Numbered from the stretch's first letter, positions 1 to 10,175 are shown. The stretch: DNA of 55,537 nt from Burkholderiaceae bacterium (GCA_036500445.1 DASYCA010000143.1:1-55537); one strand, 5' to 3'. Numbers and translations: made by a program. The notes: a model not told the origin generated them from the letters alone.

Positions 1-1461
1 ATGTACCTGGGCATCGATCTCGGCACCTCGGCGCTGAAGGCGCTGCTGCTGGCCGACGACGGCCGCATCGTCGCGCAGCAGAGCGCACCGCTCGAGGTCT
101 CGCGCCCGCACCCGCTGTGGAGCGAGCAGGCACCCGCCGACTGGCTCGCCGCCACCGACCAGGCGATGCGCGAGCTGCGCACGCGCGCCGGCACCGCCTG
201 GAACGAGGTGCGCGCGCTCGCGATCGCCGGCCAGATGCACGGCGCCACGCTGCTCGACGCGGCCGGCGAGGTGCTGCGCCCGGCGATCCTGTGGAACGAC
301 GGCCGCAGCCAGGCGCAATGCGCCGCGCTCGAGGCGCGCGAGCCCGCGACGCGCCGCATCACCGCGAACCGCGCGATGGCCGGCTTCACCGCGCCGAAGC
401 TGATGTGGGTCGCCGAGCACGAACCGGCCGTCTTCGCGAAGACCGCGAAGGTGCTGCTGCCGAAGGACTGGCTCGTTCTTCAACTCGGCGGCGTGATGAG
501 CAGCGACAGCTCGGACGCCTCGGGCACGCTCTGGCTCGACGTCGGCCGCCGGGCCTGGAGCCCCGAGATGCTGGCCGCCAGCGGCATGCGGCTGGACCAG
601 ATGCCCAAGCTGTACGAAGGCCCGGACGTCGTCGGCCACCTGCTGCCGCGCTGGACCACGGCCTGGGGCCTGCCAAATAAAATCGCGATCGCGGCCGGGG
701 CCGGCGACAACGCCGGCGGCGCGGTCGGCGTCGGCATCAAGACGCCGGGCACCGGTTTCATTTCGCTCGGCACCTCGGGCGTGATCTTCGTCGCGACCGA
801 CGGCCCGCACGCGAACGCGGAACGCGGCGTCCACACCTTCTGCCACGCGCTGCCCGGCGTCTGGCACCAGATGGCGGTGATGCTCTCGGCCAGCAGCGCG
901 CTGAGCTGGTGGTGCGGCATCACCGGCCACACGCCGGACGAGCTGCTCCAGTCCCTGAAGCCGGGCGAGGTGCGGCCCGGCGCGCCGCTCTTCCTGCCGT
1001 ATCTGTCCGGCGAGCGCACGCCGCATGCCGACCCGGGCGCGCAGGCGAGCTTCATCGGCATGACGCACGCGACGACGCGCGACGACCTCAGCTACGCGGT
1101 GCTCGAAGGCGTCGCGTTCATCTTCGCCGACGGCCTGGACGCGCTGCGCGAGGCAGGCAGCGCGCCCACGCGCCTGCTCGCGATCGGCGGCGGCGCGCGA
1201 TCGGACACCTGGCTGCAGCTGATGGCCGACACGCTCGCGCTGACGGTCGACCGCCCGAGCGGCGCCGAGGTCGGCCCCGCGCTCGGCGCGGCCCGCCTGG
1301 CGCTGCGCAGCCAGGGCGTGCACGGGGTCGCGAAGGCGCCGCCGATCGCGCGCAGCTTCAGCCCGCAGGCCGCGGCCACCGCCGCCCTGCACCAACGCCT
1401 TCAACGCTTTCGCAGCGCCTATCAGCCGCTGCGCCAACTCTCTCCCCAGCCGAGGCCTTGA
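1..1461 (+). CDS. xylB: Xylulokinase (FGGY family)
   Basis: [29 protein letters not shown] and GGGARS motifs; adjacent to xylose isomerase. Confidence 0.95.
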   Translation: MYLGIDLGTSALKALLLADDGRIVAQQSAPLEVSRPHPLWSEQAPADWLAATDQAMRELRTRAGTAWNEVRALAIAGQMHGATLLDAAGEVLRPAILWNDGRSQAQCAALEAREPATRRITANRAMAGFTAPKLMWVAEHEPAVFAKTAKVLLPKDWLVLQLGGVMSSDSSDASGTLWLDVGRRAWSPEMLAASGMRLDQMPKLYEGPDVVGHLLPRWTTAWGLPNKIAIAAGAGDNAGGAVGVGIKTPGTGFISLGTSGVIFVATDGPHANAERGVHTFCHALPGVWHQMAVMLSASSALSWWCGITGHTPDELLQSLKPGEVRPGAPLFLPYLSGERTPHADPGAQASFIGMTHATTRDDLSYAVLEGVAFIFADGLDALREAGSAPTRLLAIGGGARSDTWLQLMADTLALTVDRPSGAEVGPALGAARLALRSQGVHGVAKAPPIARSFSPQAAATAALHQRLQRFRSAYQPLRQLSPQPRP

Positions 1462-1466
1462 ACATC

Positions 1467-2780
1467 ATGAGCAGCGTCTATTCCGACATCGACCCGATCC
1501 GCTACGAGGGCCCCGACAGCCGCAACCCGCTCGCGTTCCGCTGGTACGACGCGAAGCGCGTCGTGCTCGGCAAGACGCTCGCCGAGCACCTGCGCCCGGC
1601 CGTCTGCTACTGGCACAGCTTCTGCTGGCGCGGCGAGGACCCGTTCTCGCTCGGCGTCCAGCTGTTCGACCGCCCGTGGTTCCAGGGCGATCCGGTCGCC
1701 GCCGCGCAGCTGAAACTCGACGCCGCGTTCGACTTCTTCACCCGCCTGGGCCTGCCGTACTGGACCTTCCACGACCGCGACGTCGCGCCCGAAGGAGCCA
1801 GCCTGCGCGAGACCAACGCGATCCTCGACAGCGTGCTCGAGCGCGCCGCCCGCAAGATGCAGGACGGCGGCGTGAAGCTGCTGTGGGGCACCGCGAACCT
1901 GTTCTCGCACCCGCGCTACATGAGCGGCGCCGCGACAAACCCCGATCCCGAGGTCTACGCGATGGCGGCCGCGCAAGTCCAGCACGCGCTCGAATGGACG
2001 CAGCGCCTGGGCGGCGAGAACTACGTGCTGTGGGGCGGCCGCGAAGGCTACGAGACGCTGCTGAACACCGACATGAAGCACGAGCTCGACGCCTACGGCC
2101 GCTTCCTGGCCAGCGTCGTCGAGCACAAGCACAAGATCGGTTTCAAGGGCACGATCCTGATCGAGCCGAAGCCGAAAGAGCCGACCAAGCACCAGTACGA
2201 CTACGACACCGCCACGGTATTCGGCTTCCTGAAGCGCTACGGGCTCGAGCACGAGGTCAAAGTGAACATCGAGGTCAACCACGCGACGCTGTCGGGCCAC
2301 AGCTTCGAGCACGAGGTGACGACCGCGGCCGCGCTCGGCATCTTCGGCTCGCTCGACGCGAACCGCGGCGACGAGCAACTGGGCTGGGACACCGACCAGT
2401 TCCCGAACAACCACGTGGCCCTCGTGCCGGCGCTGCTCGAAGTGCTGCGCGCCGGCGGCTTCACGACCGGCGGCATGAACTTCGACGCCAAGCTGCGCCG
2501 CCAGAGCCTGGCGCCGCAAGACCTGTACGAGGGCCACATCGGGGGCATCGACACGCTCGCGCGCGCTTTCATCAGCGCCGCCGAGCTGTACCAGGCCGCC
2601 GACCTCGAGCGCGCCCGCAGCGAGCGCTATGCCGGCTGGAGCGGCGAATTGGGCCGCACCATCCTGGGCGGCGCGAGCCTGGCCGAGGTCGCGCGGCTGG
2701 CGCACCAGCGCGGGCTCGACCCGAAGCCGCGTTCGGGCCATCAGGAGCGGCTCGAGAACGTCGTGAACCGGTTTGTCTGA
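1467..2780 (+). CDS. xylA: Xylose isomerase (class II)
   Basis: True start at MSSVYSD inside ORF 909..2780; [31 protein letters not shown] and GWDTDQF motifs. Confidence 0.96.
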   Translation: MSSVYSDIDPIRYEGPDSRNPLAFRWYDAKRVVLGKTLAEHLRPAVCYWHSFCWRGEDPFSLGVQLFDRPWFQGDPVAAAQLKLDAAFDFFTRLGLPYWTFHDRDVAPEGASLRETNAILDSVLERAARKMQDGGVKLLWGTANLFSHPRYMSGAATNPDPEVYAMAAAQVQHALEWTQRLGGENYVLWGGREGYETLLNTDMKHELDAYGRFLASVVEHKHKIGFKGTILIEPKPKEPTKHQYDYDTATVFGFLKRYGLEHEVKVNIEVNHATLSGHSFEHEVTTAAALGIFGSLDANRGDEQLGWDTDQFPNNHVALVPALLEVLRAGGFTTGGMNFDAKLRRQSLAPQDLYEGHIGGIDTLARAFISAAELYQAADLERARSERYAGWSGELGRTILGGASLAEVARLAHQRGLDPKPRSGHQERLENVVNRFV

Positions 2781-2884
2781 AAGACGAAGAGCAGCACCCG
2801 CGCCACGAAGCGATGCAGCTGCTCTAATCCCCCATCTCGCGCGAAGCGGCGTCTTCACCCGGCGCCGACCTTGCGCAGATACCG

Positions 2885-2901
2885 GCCACTGGTCCAGTGG
2901 C
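2885..2901. promoter_or_regulatory. Palindrome GCCACTGG-T-CCAGTGGC upstream of the small secreted protein gene; possible operator
   Basis: 8-bp perfect inverted repeat just before the GAGGAG RBS. Confidence 0.35.
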
Positions 2902-2922
2902 ACACCCAGAGGAGACCAACAC

Positions 2923-3237
2923 ATGACCCTAACCATCGCACGCCGACTCGCCACGCTGGCGGCCGTGTCGACGCTTGCCTTGTCCGGGCTCGCCTCGGCG
3001 CAAGGCACTGGCGGTCCGTCCAAGGACGAAACCACCAAGCCCGGCGCCAACATGGCCCCGGAGCAGGCCGCGATCGACGCCTGCAAGGACCACAAGGACG
3101 GCGATCGTGTCCGCTTCACCACGGCCAAGGGCAAGAAGCGCCGCTACGGCTGCTCGACCGTCGACGGCGTGATGGCCGCGCGCCCGGGCGTCGCCACCGC
3201 CGCGCACACGGTCAAGAAGAAGGCCGCCGCGCAGTAA
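2923..3237 (+). CDS. Small secreted/periplasmic protein (104 aa) with two Cys
   Basis: AGAGGAG RBS; signal peptide MTLTIARRLATLAAVSTLALSGLASA; AIDACKD...GD...YGC. Confidence 0.75.
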   Translation: MTLTIARRLATLAAVSTLALSGLASAQGTGGPSKDETTKPGANMAPEQAAIDACKDHKDGDRVRFTTAKGKKRRYGCSTVDGVMAARPGVATAAHTVKKKAAAQ

Positions 3238-3273
3238 GCGGCCGCCCACGCCGGCAGGCGGTCGATGATCGGC

Positions 3274-3300
3274 GCCCCGGGCTTCGGCCTCGGGGCATTC
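3274..3300 (+). terminator. Probable terminator hairpin with C(UUCG)G loop
   Basis: GCCCCGGGC-TTCG-GCCTCGGGGC followed by ATTC; weak U-tract. Confidence 0.4.
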
Positions 3301-3358
3301 ACTCGGCGGCCGGGGCGCCCGCGGCCTTAACATCGCAGTCAACCGACTCGACTGCGCT

Positions 3359-4033
3359 ATGAAACTGCTGCTCGCCGAAGACGACACGATCCTGGCCGAC
3401 GCGCTCACCGTGAGCCTGAACGCGAGCGGCTTCGACGTGGAAGTCGCCAGCAACGGCGCCGTCGCCGAATACCTGCTGCTGCGCCACGATTTCGACATCG
3501 GCGTGCTCGACCTCGGGCTGCCGCTGATCGACGGCCTGACGGTGCTGAAGAAGGTCCGCCAGGCCAAGCCCGAGCTGCCGATGATGGTACTGACCGCGCT
3601 CGACGGCCTGGAGCAGCGCGTTGCCGGGCTGAACGCCGGCGCCGACGACTACCTGACCAAGCCCTTCGACTTCCCCGAGCTGGAGGCCCGCATTCGCGCG
3701 CTGCTGCGCCGCGCCCACAACGCCGCCGGCACCGCCGCGGTGCAGCTGACCGGGCTGCTGCGCTTCGACCGCGACGCGAGGCGCGCCAGCGTCGACAAGA
3801 CCCCGCTGGAATTCTCGCCGCGCGAGTGGACGCTGCTGGACCTGCTGCTGACGCAACGCGACCGCGTCGTCACGAAGGAGCAGATCGTGCAAGGCTGGTC
3901 GCCCGAGCCGAACGACCAGAACCCCGGTTCGATCGAGGTCTACATCCACCGCCTGCGCCGCAAGCTCGAGGGCTCGCGCGTCTCGATCCGCACCGTGCGC
4001 GGATTGGGATACCTCCTAGAAACCGAAGGCTGA
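3359..4033 (+). CDS. OmpR-family response regulator (TctD/QseB-like)
   Basis: LLLAEDD, LDLGLP, GADDYLTKPF and wHTH VYIHRLRRKL...TVRGLGY. Confidence 0.93.
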   Translation: MKLLLAEDDTILADALTVSLNASGFDVEVASNGAVAEYLLLRHDFDIGVLDLGLPLIDGLTVLKKVRQAKPELPMMVLTALDGLEQRVAGLNAGADDYLTKPFDFPELEARIRALLRRAHNAAGTAAVQLTGLLRFDRDARRASVDKTPLEFSPREWTLLDLLLTQRDRVVTKEQIVQGWSPEPNDQNPGSIEVYIHRLRRKLEGSRVSIRTVRGLGYLLETEG

Positions 4034-4036
4034 CCA

Positions 4037-5530
4037 TTGGCCGCGCTCGGCTGGCTCTCCCGAGCGCCGCTGGGCGCCCTGCGCCGCGTCCCCGGCCTCA
4101 CGCCCGGCACGCGCTCGCTGCACCGCCATCTGCTGCTGTGGCTGCTGCTGCCGCAGCTGGTGCTGTGGCTGGCGGCCGCGAGCTTCACGTACCAGTTGGC
4201 CGACACCTACGCGAACCGCGCGATCGATGCGAGCCTGAGCACCGCGTCGCGCTCGCTCGCGCGCCAGGTGAAACCCAGCGGCAGCGGGCTGCTGATCGAC
4301 CTGCCGCGCGCCGCGCAGGACATCATCGAGGCCGACCCGGAGGACCGCGTCTACTACATGGTCAGCACGCCGCCGGGCGAGTTCATCCTCGGCAACAGCC
4401 AGATGCCGGCGCCGCCGCCGCTGGACGACCCGCGCCTGGACCAACCCTATCTGTATGACGGCACGATCGTCGAATCGGGCCCCGAGCACCACCGCCGCGT
4501 CATCACGGTGCGCGTCGTCGCGCTCTACCTCGCGTACGGCGAGCCGGGCAAGCCGCAGCGCATGCTGGTGCAGGTCGCGCGCAGCCGCGCGAGCCGCGAG
4601 GAGCTCGCGCGCCAGATCCTGATCGACACGACCTTGCCGCTGTCCGGGCTGATCGCGCTGATGTCGCTGATCGTCTGGGCCGGCATCCGCGGCGGCCTCG
4701 CGCCGCTGGAGCGGCTGCGCAACGTGGTCGAGAACCGCGCGCCCGACGACCTCGCGCCGGTGCGGCTGGAGGCCGCGCCCGAGGAGGTGCGCGGGCTGGC
4801 GCGCGCGCTGAACGCGCTGCTCGCCGAGGTGCGCGAGAACGTGACGGCGCAAAAGCGCTTCATCAGCGACGCCGCGCACCAGCTGCGCACGCCGCTGGCC
4901 GGCCTCAAAAGCCAGACCGAGCTCGCGCTCGCCAGCACCGCCAGCAGCACCGACCCGGAGCTGCACGCGCGGCTCAAGCGCGTGCACGAGGGCGCGACGC
5001 GCAGCGCCCACCTGGTGAGCCAGCTGCTGACGCTCGCGCGCGCCGAGCCCGAGGCGGCGATGGCGCAATCGCGCACCCGCTTCGACCTGCGGCGGCTGGC
5101 GCGCGACGTCGCGGCCGAGCAGGTGCCGCGCGCGCTCGCCGCCGGCATCGACCTCGGCAGCGAAGACACCGAACCCGCGGCGCCGCCGCTGCCGGTGCTC
5201 GGCAACGCGATGCTGATCCGCGAGGCGCTCGTGAACCTGATCGACAACGCGATCCGCTACGCCGGGCGCGGCGCGAGCGTGACGGTCGGCGCGCAGGCGC
5301 AAGGCACCGAGGCGGTGCTGTTCGTCGAGGACAGCGGCGCGGGCCTGGCCGAGGCGGACCGCGAGCGCGTGTTCCAGCGCTTCGCCCGCGCGACGCACGA
5401 AGGCAACGGCTGCGGCCTGGGTCTGGCGATCGTGCGCGAGATCGTCGAGCGCAGCCGCGGCAGCGTGACGCTCGAGCCGGTGCAGCCGCACGGCCTGCGC
5501 GCGGTTGTACGATTGCCGCTCGCCGCCTGA
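4037..5530 (+). CDS. Sensor histidine kinase (TctE-like)
   Basis: Two TM segments, H-box DAAHQLRTPL, N-box NLIDNAIRY, G-box GLGLAIV; TTG start uncertain. Confidence 0.9.
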   Translation: MAALGWLSRAPLGALRRVPGLTPGTRSLHRHLLLWLLLPQLVLWLAAASFTYQLADTYANRAIDASLSTASRSLARQVKPSGSGLLIDLPRAAQDIIEADPEDRVYYMVSTPPGEFILGNSQMPAPPPLDDPRLDQPYLYDGTIVESGPEHHRRVITVRVVALYLAYGEPGKPQRMLVQVARSRASREELARQILIDTTLPLSGLIALMSLIVWAGIRGGLAPLERLRNVVENRAPDDLAPVRLEAAPEEVRGLARALNALLAEVRENVTAQKRFISDAAHQLRTPLAGLKSQTELALASTASSTDPELHARLKRVHEGATRSAHLVSQLLTLARAEPEAAMAQSRTRFDLRRLARDVAAEQVPRALAAGIDLGSEDTEPAAPPLPVLGNAMLIREALVNLIDNAIRYAGRGASVTVGAQAQGTEAVLFVEDSGAGLAEADRERVFQRFARATHEGNGCGLGLAIVREIVERSRGSVTLEPVQPHGLRAVVRLPLAA

Positions 5531-5543
5531 TTGCCAAGGCACC

Positions 5544-5561
5544 TCGTCACCTGACCGTCAC
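5544..5561 (+). promoter_or_regulatory. PHO-box-like direct repeat upstream of the CYTH-CHAD gene
   Basis: TCGTCAC-CTGA-CCGTCAC (GTCAC at 5546 and 5557, 11-bp spacing). Confidence 0.6.
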
Positions 5562-5583
5562 CCGACGCTGCGGAATCATCTCG

Positions 5584-7173
5584 ATGCTCGAATTCGAGCT
5601 GAAGTTTCAAGTCCCCGAGAGTTGCCTGGATTCGCTGACCGACGAGCTGAAGGCGCACGGCGCGCGCTCGACGCGGCTGCTCGCACGCTATTTCGACACC
5701 GCCGACGGCGCGCTGCGCGCGAATCGCCTGGCGCTGCGGCTGCGCAAGGAGGGCCGCGCCTGGGTGCAGGCCGTGAAGGGCGACGGCGGCAGCGCGGTCC
5801 AGCGCCTCGAACACGAGGTCCGGCTGCGCGTGCCGTCCGGCACGCAGCCGATGCTGGACCCGACGCTGCATCGCGGCAGCGCGGTGGGTGAGGCCTTGCG
5901 GGCGCTGCTGCTGCAAATCGCAAGCGCCCGCCGGAACGGCACGCCCGAGCCGGAGCTCACCGAGACGGGCGCCGCCGCGCCGCTGCTGATCGAGCGCTGC
6001 AGCACCGACGTGATGCGCCGCGCCTGCGTGCTGCAACCGCTCGGCAGCGGCGTCGAGGTGGCGCTGGACCTCGGCACGATCCGCGCGGGCGAGCGCGAAG
6101 TGCGAATCTGCGAACTCGAGCTCGAACTGAAATCGGGCGACCCGCGCGGCCTGTTCGCGCTCGCGCAGGCATGGCGCGCGCACGGCGGGCTGTGGCTGGA
6201 CGTGCGGCCCAAGTCCGAGCGCGGCGCGCTGTTGATCAGCGGCCGGCTCTACGGCGCCGCGGCGAAGGCACGGCCGCCGGTGGTGCACCGGCAGATGACG
6301 GGGCCGCAGCTCTTCGCCGGCGCGGTCCGCAGCGCGCTCGACGCGGTGCTCGCGAATTCGAGCGAGCTCGCCGCCGGCAGCAACGACGAGGAACACGTTC
6401 ACCAACTGCGCGTCGGCCTGCGCCGCTTGCGCGGCCTGCTGCGCGACCTGGCGCCGCTCGGAACCGGCGTCGATGCGGCCTGGGCGCCCGCGCTCGCGGT
6501 CACGTTCGCGCAGCTGGGCGCACTGCGCGACAACCAGAGCGTCGCGCGCGCCGTGCGGCCGCTGCTCGAACGCGCCGGCGCGCCGCGGCTCGCGTGGGCC
6601 ATGCCGACGGCGGAGCTCGATCCGGGCGCGGTCGTGCGCGAGGCGCGCTTCCAGGCGGCGCTGCTCGCGATGCTCGAGCATGCACTGCTGGCGCACGTCC
6701 CTGTCGATCGCCGGTCTCTCGATCACACACCTCTGGACGCGGCGCTCGCCGCAACGCCGCTGCCGATCGGCCTCTCACCCGAACAGGCGCTCGCCCACAT
6801 CGCCGATCGGCTCTCGACGCTGCACCGCCAGGTCGTGCGCGACGGCCGGCGCTTCGAAGCCCTGCCGCTGGAGCGGCAACACGAGGTCCGCAAGCGCCTG
6901 AAGCGGCTGCGCTACCTGGCCGAATTCGCCGCGCCGCTCTGGCCCGGCAAGGCCGCGCGGCGCTATTTGAAACCGCTCGCCCGCGCGCAGGACGCGCTCG
7001 GCCACCACAACGACATCGCGGTCGCGGCGGACAAGTTCCATGCCGATGCCGACCAGGATCCGCGCTCGCTGTTCGCGGCCGGCTACCTGTTCGCTCACCT
7101 CGCGGTGACCGCACGCGAGGCCCAGCAAGCCTTGCTGCCGATCGCGGCGCTGCGCCGCTTCTGGCCGCACTGA
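5584..7173 (+). CDS. CYTH + CHAD domain protein (triphosphatase / polyphosphate-binding)
   Basis: N-terminal EFELKF (ExExK), YFDT, LRLR, ELELELK; CHAD motifs VHQLRVGLRRLR, HEVRKRLKRLRY, QDALGHHND. Confidence 0.9.
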   Translation: MLEFELKFQVPESCLDSLTDELKAHGARSTRLLARYFDTADGALRANRLALRLRKEGRAWVQAVKGDGGSAVQRLEHEVRLRVPSGTQPMLDPTLHRGSAVGEALRALLLQIASARRNGTPEPELTETGAAAPLLIERCSTDVMRRACVLQPLGSGVEVALDLGTIRAGEREVRICELELELKSGDPRGLFALAQAWRAHGGLWLDVRPKSERGALLISGRLYGAAAKARPPVVHRQMTGPQLFAGAVRSALDAVLANSSELAAGSNDEEHVHQLRVGLRRLRGLLRDLAPLGTGVDAAWAPALAVTFAQLGALRDNQSVARAVRPLLERAGAPRLAWAMPTAELDPGAVVREARFQAALLAMLEHALLAHVPVDRRSLDHTPLDAALAATPLPIGLSPEQALAHIADRLSTLHRQVVRDGRRFEALPLERQHEVRKRLKRLRYLAEFAAPLWPGKAARRYLKPLARAQDALGHHNDIAVAADKFHADADQDPRSLFAAGYLFAHLAVTAREAQQALLPIAALRRFWPH

Positions 7174-7244
7174 GGGCGGTCGCGCGGCTCGCCGCGCTTT
7201 GCCGCGCATCGTCGCGGCGAAGGTTCCGCGCGTGCCATCGCCGC

Positions 7245-7306
7245 GTGTCACGCCCCGGACCCCAACGGGTCATCGCTGCGTCACGCCGTGCTCACGCCGA
7301 TGTCAC
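7245..7306 (+). promoter_or_regulatory. PHO-box-like array upstream of the OlsB-like gene
   Basis: GTCAC 7247, GTCAT 7269, GTCAC 7280, CTCAC 7291, GTCAC 7302, all in 11-bp phase. Confidence 0.65.
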
Positions 7307-7351
7307 CATCGTTCGTCACCATCGCGCCATATCTCAGCCCCGGAGAACACG

Positions 7352-8194
7352 ATGCGCGACCTGCCCATGCCGACCTTCCCGATCGCCGACCTCAGCGCGC
7401 CCGTCGCGCCCCGGAGGTCACTTCGACCGAGCGGCATCGAAGCACCCGGAAGCGATGCCGCGGCCGCGGGCCTGGAAGTGGTTTGGGCGCGCGATGAAGA
7501 AGACGTTCGCGCGGCGCAACGCCTGCGCTACCGCGTCTTCGCCGACGAGATGGGAGCGAGCCTGAGCGTTCCGGCCGGCTCGCCCGCGCTGCACGACATC
7601 GACCTCTTCGACCCGTTCTGCGAGCACCTGCTGGTGCGCGCAGCGGGCAGCGACGGCGAACCCGGCCCGGTGATCGGCACCTACCGCGTGCTGACGCCGG
7701 CCAACGCACGCCGCGTCGGCGGCCTCTACAGCGACGGTGAATTCGACCTGACCCGGCTGCGCCCGCTGCGCGCGAAGATGGTCGAGCTCGGCCGCTCCTG
7801 CGTGCACCCGGATTGGCGCTCGGGCGGCGTGATCCTCGCGCTGTGGGCGGCGCTGGCCGAGTTCATGCACCGCAACGATCTCGACACGATGATAGGCTGC
7901 GCCAGCGTCAGCATGCGCGACGGCGGCCACTTCGCCGCGAGCCTGTGGGAAAAGCTGCGCCACACCCACCTCGCGCCGCTGAACTGGCAAGTGACGCCGC
8001 GCCTCGCGCTGCCGGTCGAGGAGTTGCGGAACGACCTGCCGGCCGAGGCGCCGGCCCTGATCAAGGGCTATCTGCGCTGCGGCGCCAAGGTGCTGGGCCC
8101 GCCGGCCTGGGACCCGGCCTTCAACACCGCCGACCTGCCGCTGCTGCTGCGCATCGGCGACCTGCCGGCGCGCTACCGCAAGCACTTTTTCTAA
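7352..8194 (+). CDS. GNAT N-acyltransferase, OlsB-like (amino-lipid N-acyltransferase family)
   Basis: GGAG RBS before MRDLP; AQRLRYRVF, D.D.FD..CEHL, GTYR, ELGRSCV, LIKGYLR.GA, DPAFNTAD. Confidence 0.85.
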   Translation: MRDLPMPTFPIADLSAPVAPRRSLRPSGIEAPGSDAAAAGLEVVWARDEEDVRAAQRLRYRVFADEMGASLSVPAGSPALHDIDLFDPFCEHLLVRAAGSDGEPGPVIGTYRVLTPANARRVGGLYSDGEFDLTRLRPLRAKMVELGRSCVHPDWRSGGVILALWAALAEFMHRNDLDTMIGCASVSMRDGGHFAASLWEKLRHTHLAPLNWQVTPRLALPVEELRNDLPAEAPALIKGYLRCGAKVLGPPAWDPAFNTADLPLLLRIGDLPARYRKHFF

Positions 8195-8227
8195 ACGGGC
8201 CTGCTTCTCCGGAGTCGACGCGTGGCC

Positions 8228-8350
8228 TCAGCGCGACCAGCGCGCGCGGGCCAGCGCGATCACCTCGACGACACCCCACAGCAGCGCGCCGGCCAGCACG
8301 GCGGCATGGCGTATCGTCGGCGAACGTTGCGGGAGTGATGAGTTGATCAT
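8228..8350 (-). CDS. Unannotated 40-aa single-pass membrane peptide
   Basis: ATG...TGA ORF MINSSLPQRSPTIRHAAVLAGALLWGVVEVIALARARWSR fills the intergenic gap; hydrophobic core with basic C-terminus; below the ORF-track length cutoff. Confidence 0.55.
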   Translation of the reverse strand: MINSSLPQRSPTIRHAAVLAGALLWGVVEVIALARARWSR

Positions 8351-8412
8351 GATGCGGTCCCGGATGCAGGCGAGGCGGTCCGGACACGGTAGCGCCACCT
8401 GATGACAGCTTC

Positions 8413-9426
8413 GTGTCCCCGCCCGAACTGATTGCCGAGCTCGACGCGCTGGCGGCGCTCGGCGGCCCGTTGCTCGAACGGCGGCTGCTGTGCGAGGTCG
8501 CGCTCGGCGAGCAGCGCCTGCCGATCCATGCGTACACGCTCGGCAGCCCGCACCCCGACGCCCCCGCCGTCGGCTTCTTCGGCGGCGTGCATGGGCTGGA
8601 GCGCATCGGTGCCGAAGTCGTCATCGCTTACTTGCGCAGCCTCGTGATGCGGCTGCGCTGGGACGAGACGCTGCACCGCCAGCTCGAGACGATGCGGCTG
8701 CTGTTCGTGCCGCTCGTGAACCCCGGCGGGCTCGTCAGCGGCACGCGCGCGAACCCGAACGGCATCGACCTGATGCGCAACGCGCCGGTCGACTCGGCCG
8801 AGCGCGTGCCGCACCTGATCGGCGGCCAGCGCCTCAGCGCAAAGCTGCCGTGGTACCGCGGCGCGGCCGGCGCGCCGATGGAGCTCGAGAGCGCGGCGCT
8901 GTGCCGCGTCGTGCGCGAGGAGCTGTGGCCGCACGCGTTCAGCCTCGCGATCGACTGCCATTCGGGGTTCGGGCTGCACGATCGGGTCTGGTTCCCGTTC
9001 GCGCACACCGCGCGACCGATCGAGCGACTGCCCGAGATCCACGCGCTGTGCGAGACGATGGACGAGACGCTGCTGCACCACCGCTACCTGATCGAGCCGC
9101 AAAGCCACCAGTACCTGACGCACGGCGACCTGTGGGACCACCTCGTGCTGACCGCGCCGGCCGGCCGCCCGTTCCTGCCGCTGACGCTGGAGATGGGCTC
9201 GTGGCTGTGGGTGCGCAAGAACCCGCGCCAACTGTTCTCGCGCCATGGCCTGTTCAACCCGATGACCCCGCACCGCCAACAGCGCGTGCTGCGCCGCCAC
9301 CTCGTCTGGCTCGATTTCATCACGCGTGCCGCGTTCAGCCATACGCGCTGGCTGCCCAGCGGCGCGCAGCGCGAGGCACAGCGCGGGCTCGCGATGACGC
9401 GCTGGTACGGCGGGCGAAGCCGGTGA
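8413..9426 (+). CDS. M14-type zinc carboxypeptidase-like protein
   Basis: GVHGLE (HxxE), NPNGIDLMRN, IDCHSG and LTLEMG motifs; GTG start. Confidence 0.8.
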   Translation: MSPPELIAELDALAALGGPLLERRLLCEVALGEQRLPIHAYTLGSPHPDAPAVGFFGGVHGLERIGAEVVIAYLRSLVMRLRWDETLHRQLETMRLLFVPLVNPGGLVSGTRANPNGIDLMRNAPVDSAERVPHLIGGQRLSAKLPWYRGAAGAPMELESAALCRVVREELWPHAFSLAIDCHSGFGLHDRVWFPFAHTARPIERLPEIHALCETMDETLLHHRYLIEPQSHQYLTHGDLWDHLVLTAPAGRPFLPLTLEMGSWLWVRKNPRQLFSRHGLFNPMTPHRQQRVLRRHLVWLDFITRAAFSHTRWLPSGAQREAQRGLAMTRWYGGRSR

Positions 9427-10175
9427 GCACCTGGGTGCTGCTGCGCGGCCTCGCGCGCGAGAGCGGGCACTGGGCCGGGTTCGAGGACGTGCTGCGCGAA
9501 CGCCTGGCCGCGCCGCGCATGATCGCGCTCGACCTGCCGGGCAACGGCGCGCTGTACCGCCAATGCAGCCACACCCGCATCGAGGCGATGACGGCGTGGT
9601 GTCTCGGCCGGCTGCGCGAGCTCGGCGCCGCGCCGCCCTACTACGTGCTCGCGGTCTCGCTCGGCGGCATGGTCGCGGTCGACTGGGCGTCGCGCGCGCC
9701 CGAGTCGCTCGCCGGCGGCGTGCTCGTCAACACCAGCCTGCGCCGCTTCAGCCCTTTTCATCAGCGCCTGCGCCCAGCCAGCTGGCCGCAGTTGTTGTCG
9801 ATCGCGCTCGGGCCCGGCAGCGCCGCCGACCGGGAGGCTTCGGTCCTGCGCCTGACGAGCCGCCGCCCGCAGGCCGCCGCCGCGGTCCTCGAGCGCTGGG
9901 CCACGCTGCGGCGGACGCAGCCGGTCGCGCCCGCGAACGCGCTGCGCCAGTTGCTGGCCGCGGCGCGCTACCGGGCGCCGGCGCAGGCGCCGCGCGTGCC
10001 GCTGCTGATCCTGAGCAGCCGGCGCGACGCGCTCGTCGACCCGCGCTGCTCGCAGGCGATCGCCGCGCACTGGCACTGCGAAAGCGCCGTCAACCCGGCA
10101 GCAGGTCACGATCTGACGCTGGACGACGGGCCCTGGGTCGCCGAGCAGGTGGCCCGCTGGCTCGAATCGATGTAA
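9423..10175 (+). CDS. Alpha/beta hydrolase
   Basis: GTG start overlapping the upstream TGA; LLRGL.RE, LDLPGNG, AVSLGG nucleophile elbow, Asp in RRDALV, GHDL. Confidence 0.88.
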   Translation: MSTWVLLRGLARESGHWAGFEDVLRERLAAPRMIALDLPGNGALYRQCSHTRIEAMTAWCLGRLRELGAAPPYYVLAVSLGGMVAVDWASRAPESLAGGVLVNTSLRRFSPFHQRLRPASWPQLLSIALGPGSAADREASVLRLTSRRPQAAAAVLERWATLRRTQPVAPANALRQLLAAARYRAPAQAPRVPLLILSSRRDALVDPRCSQAIAAHWHCESAVNPAAGHDLTLDDGPWVAEQVARWLESM

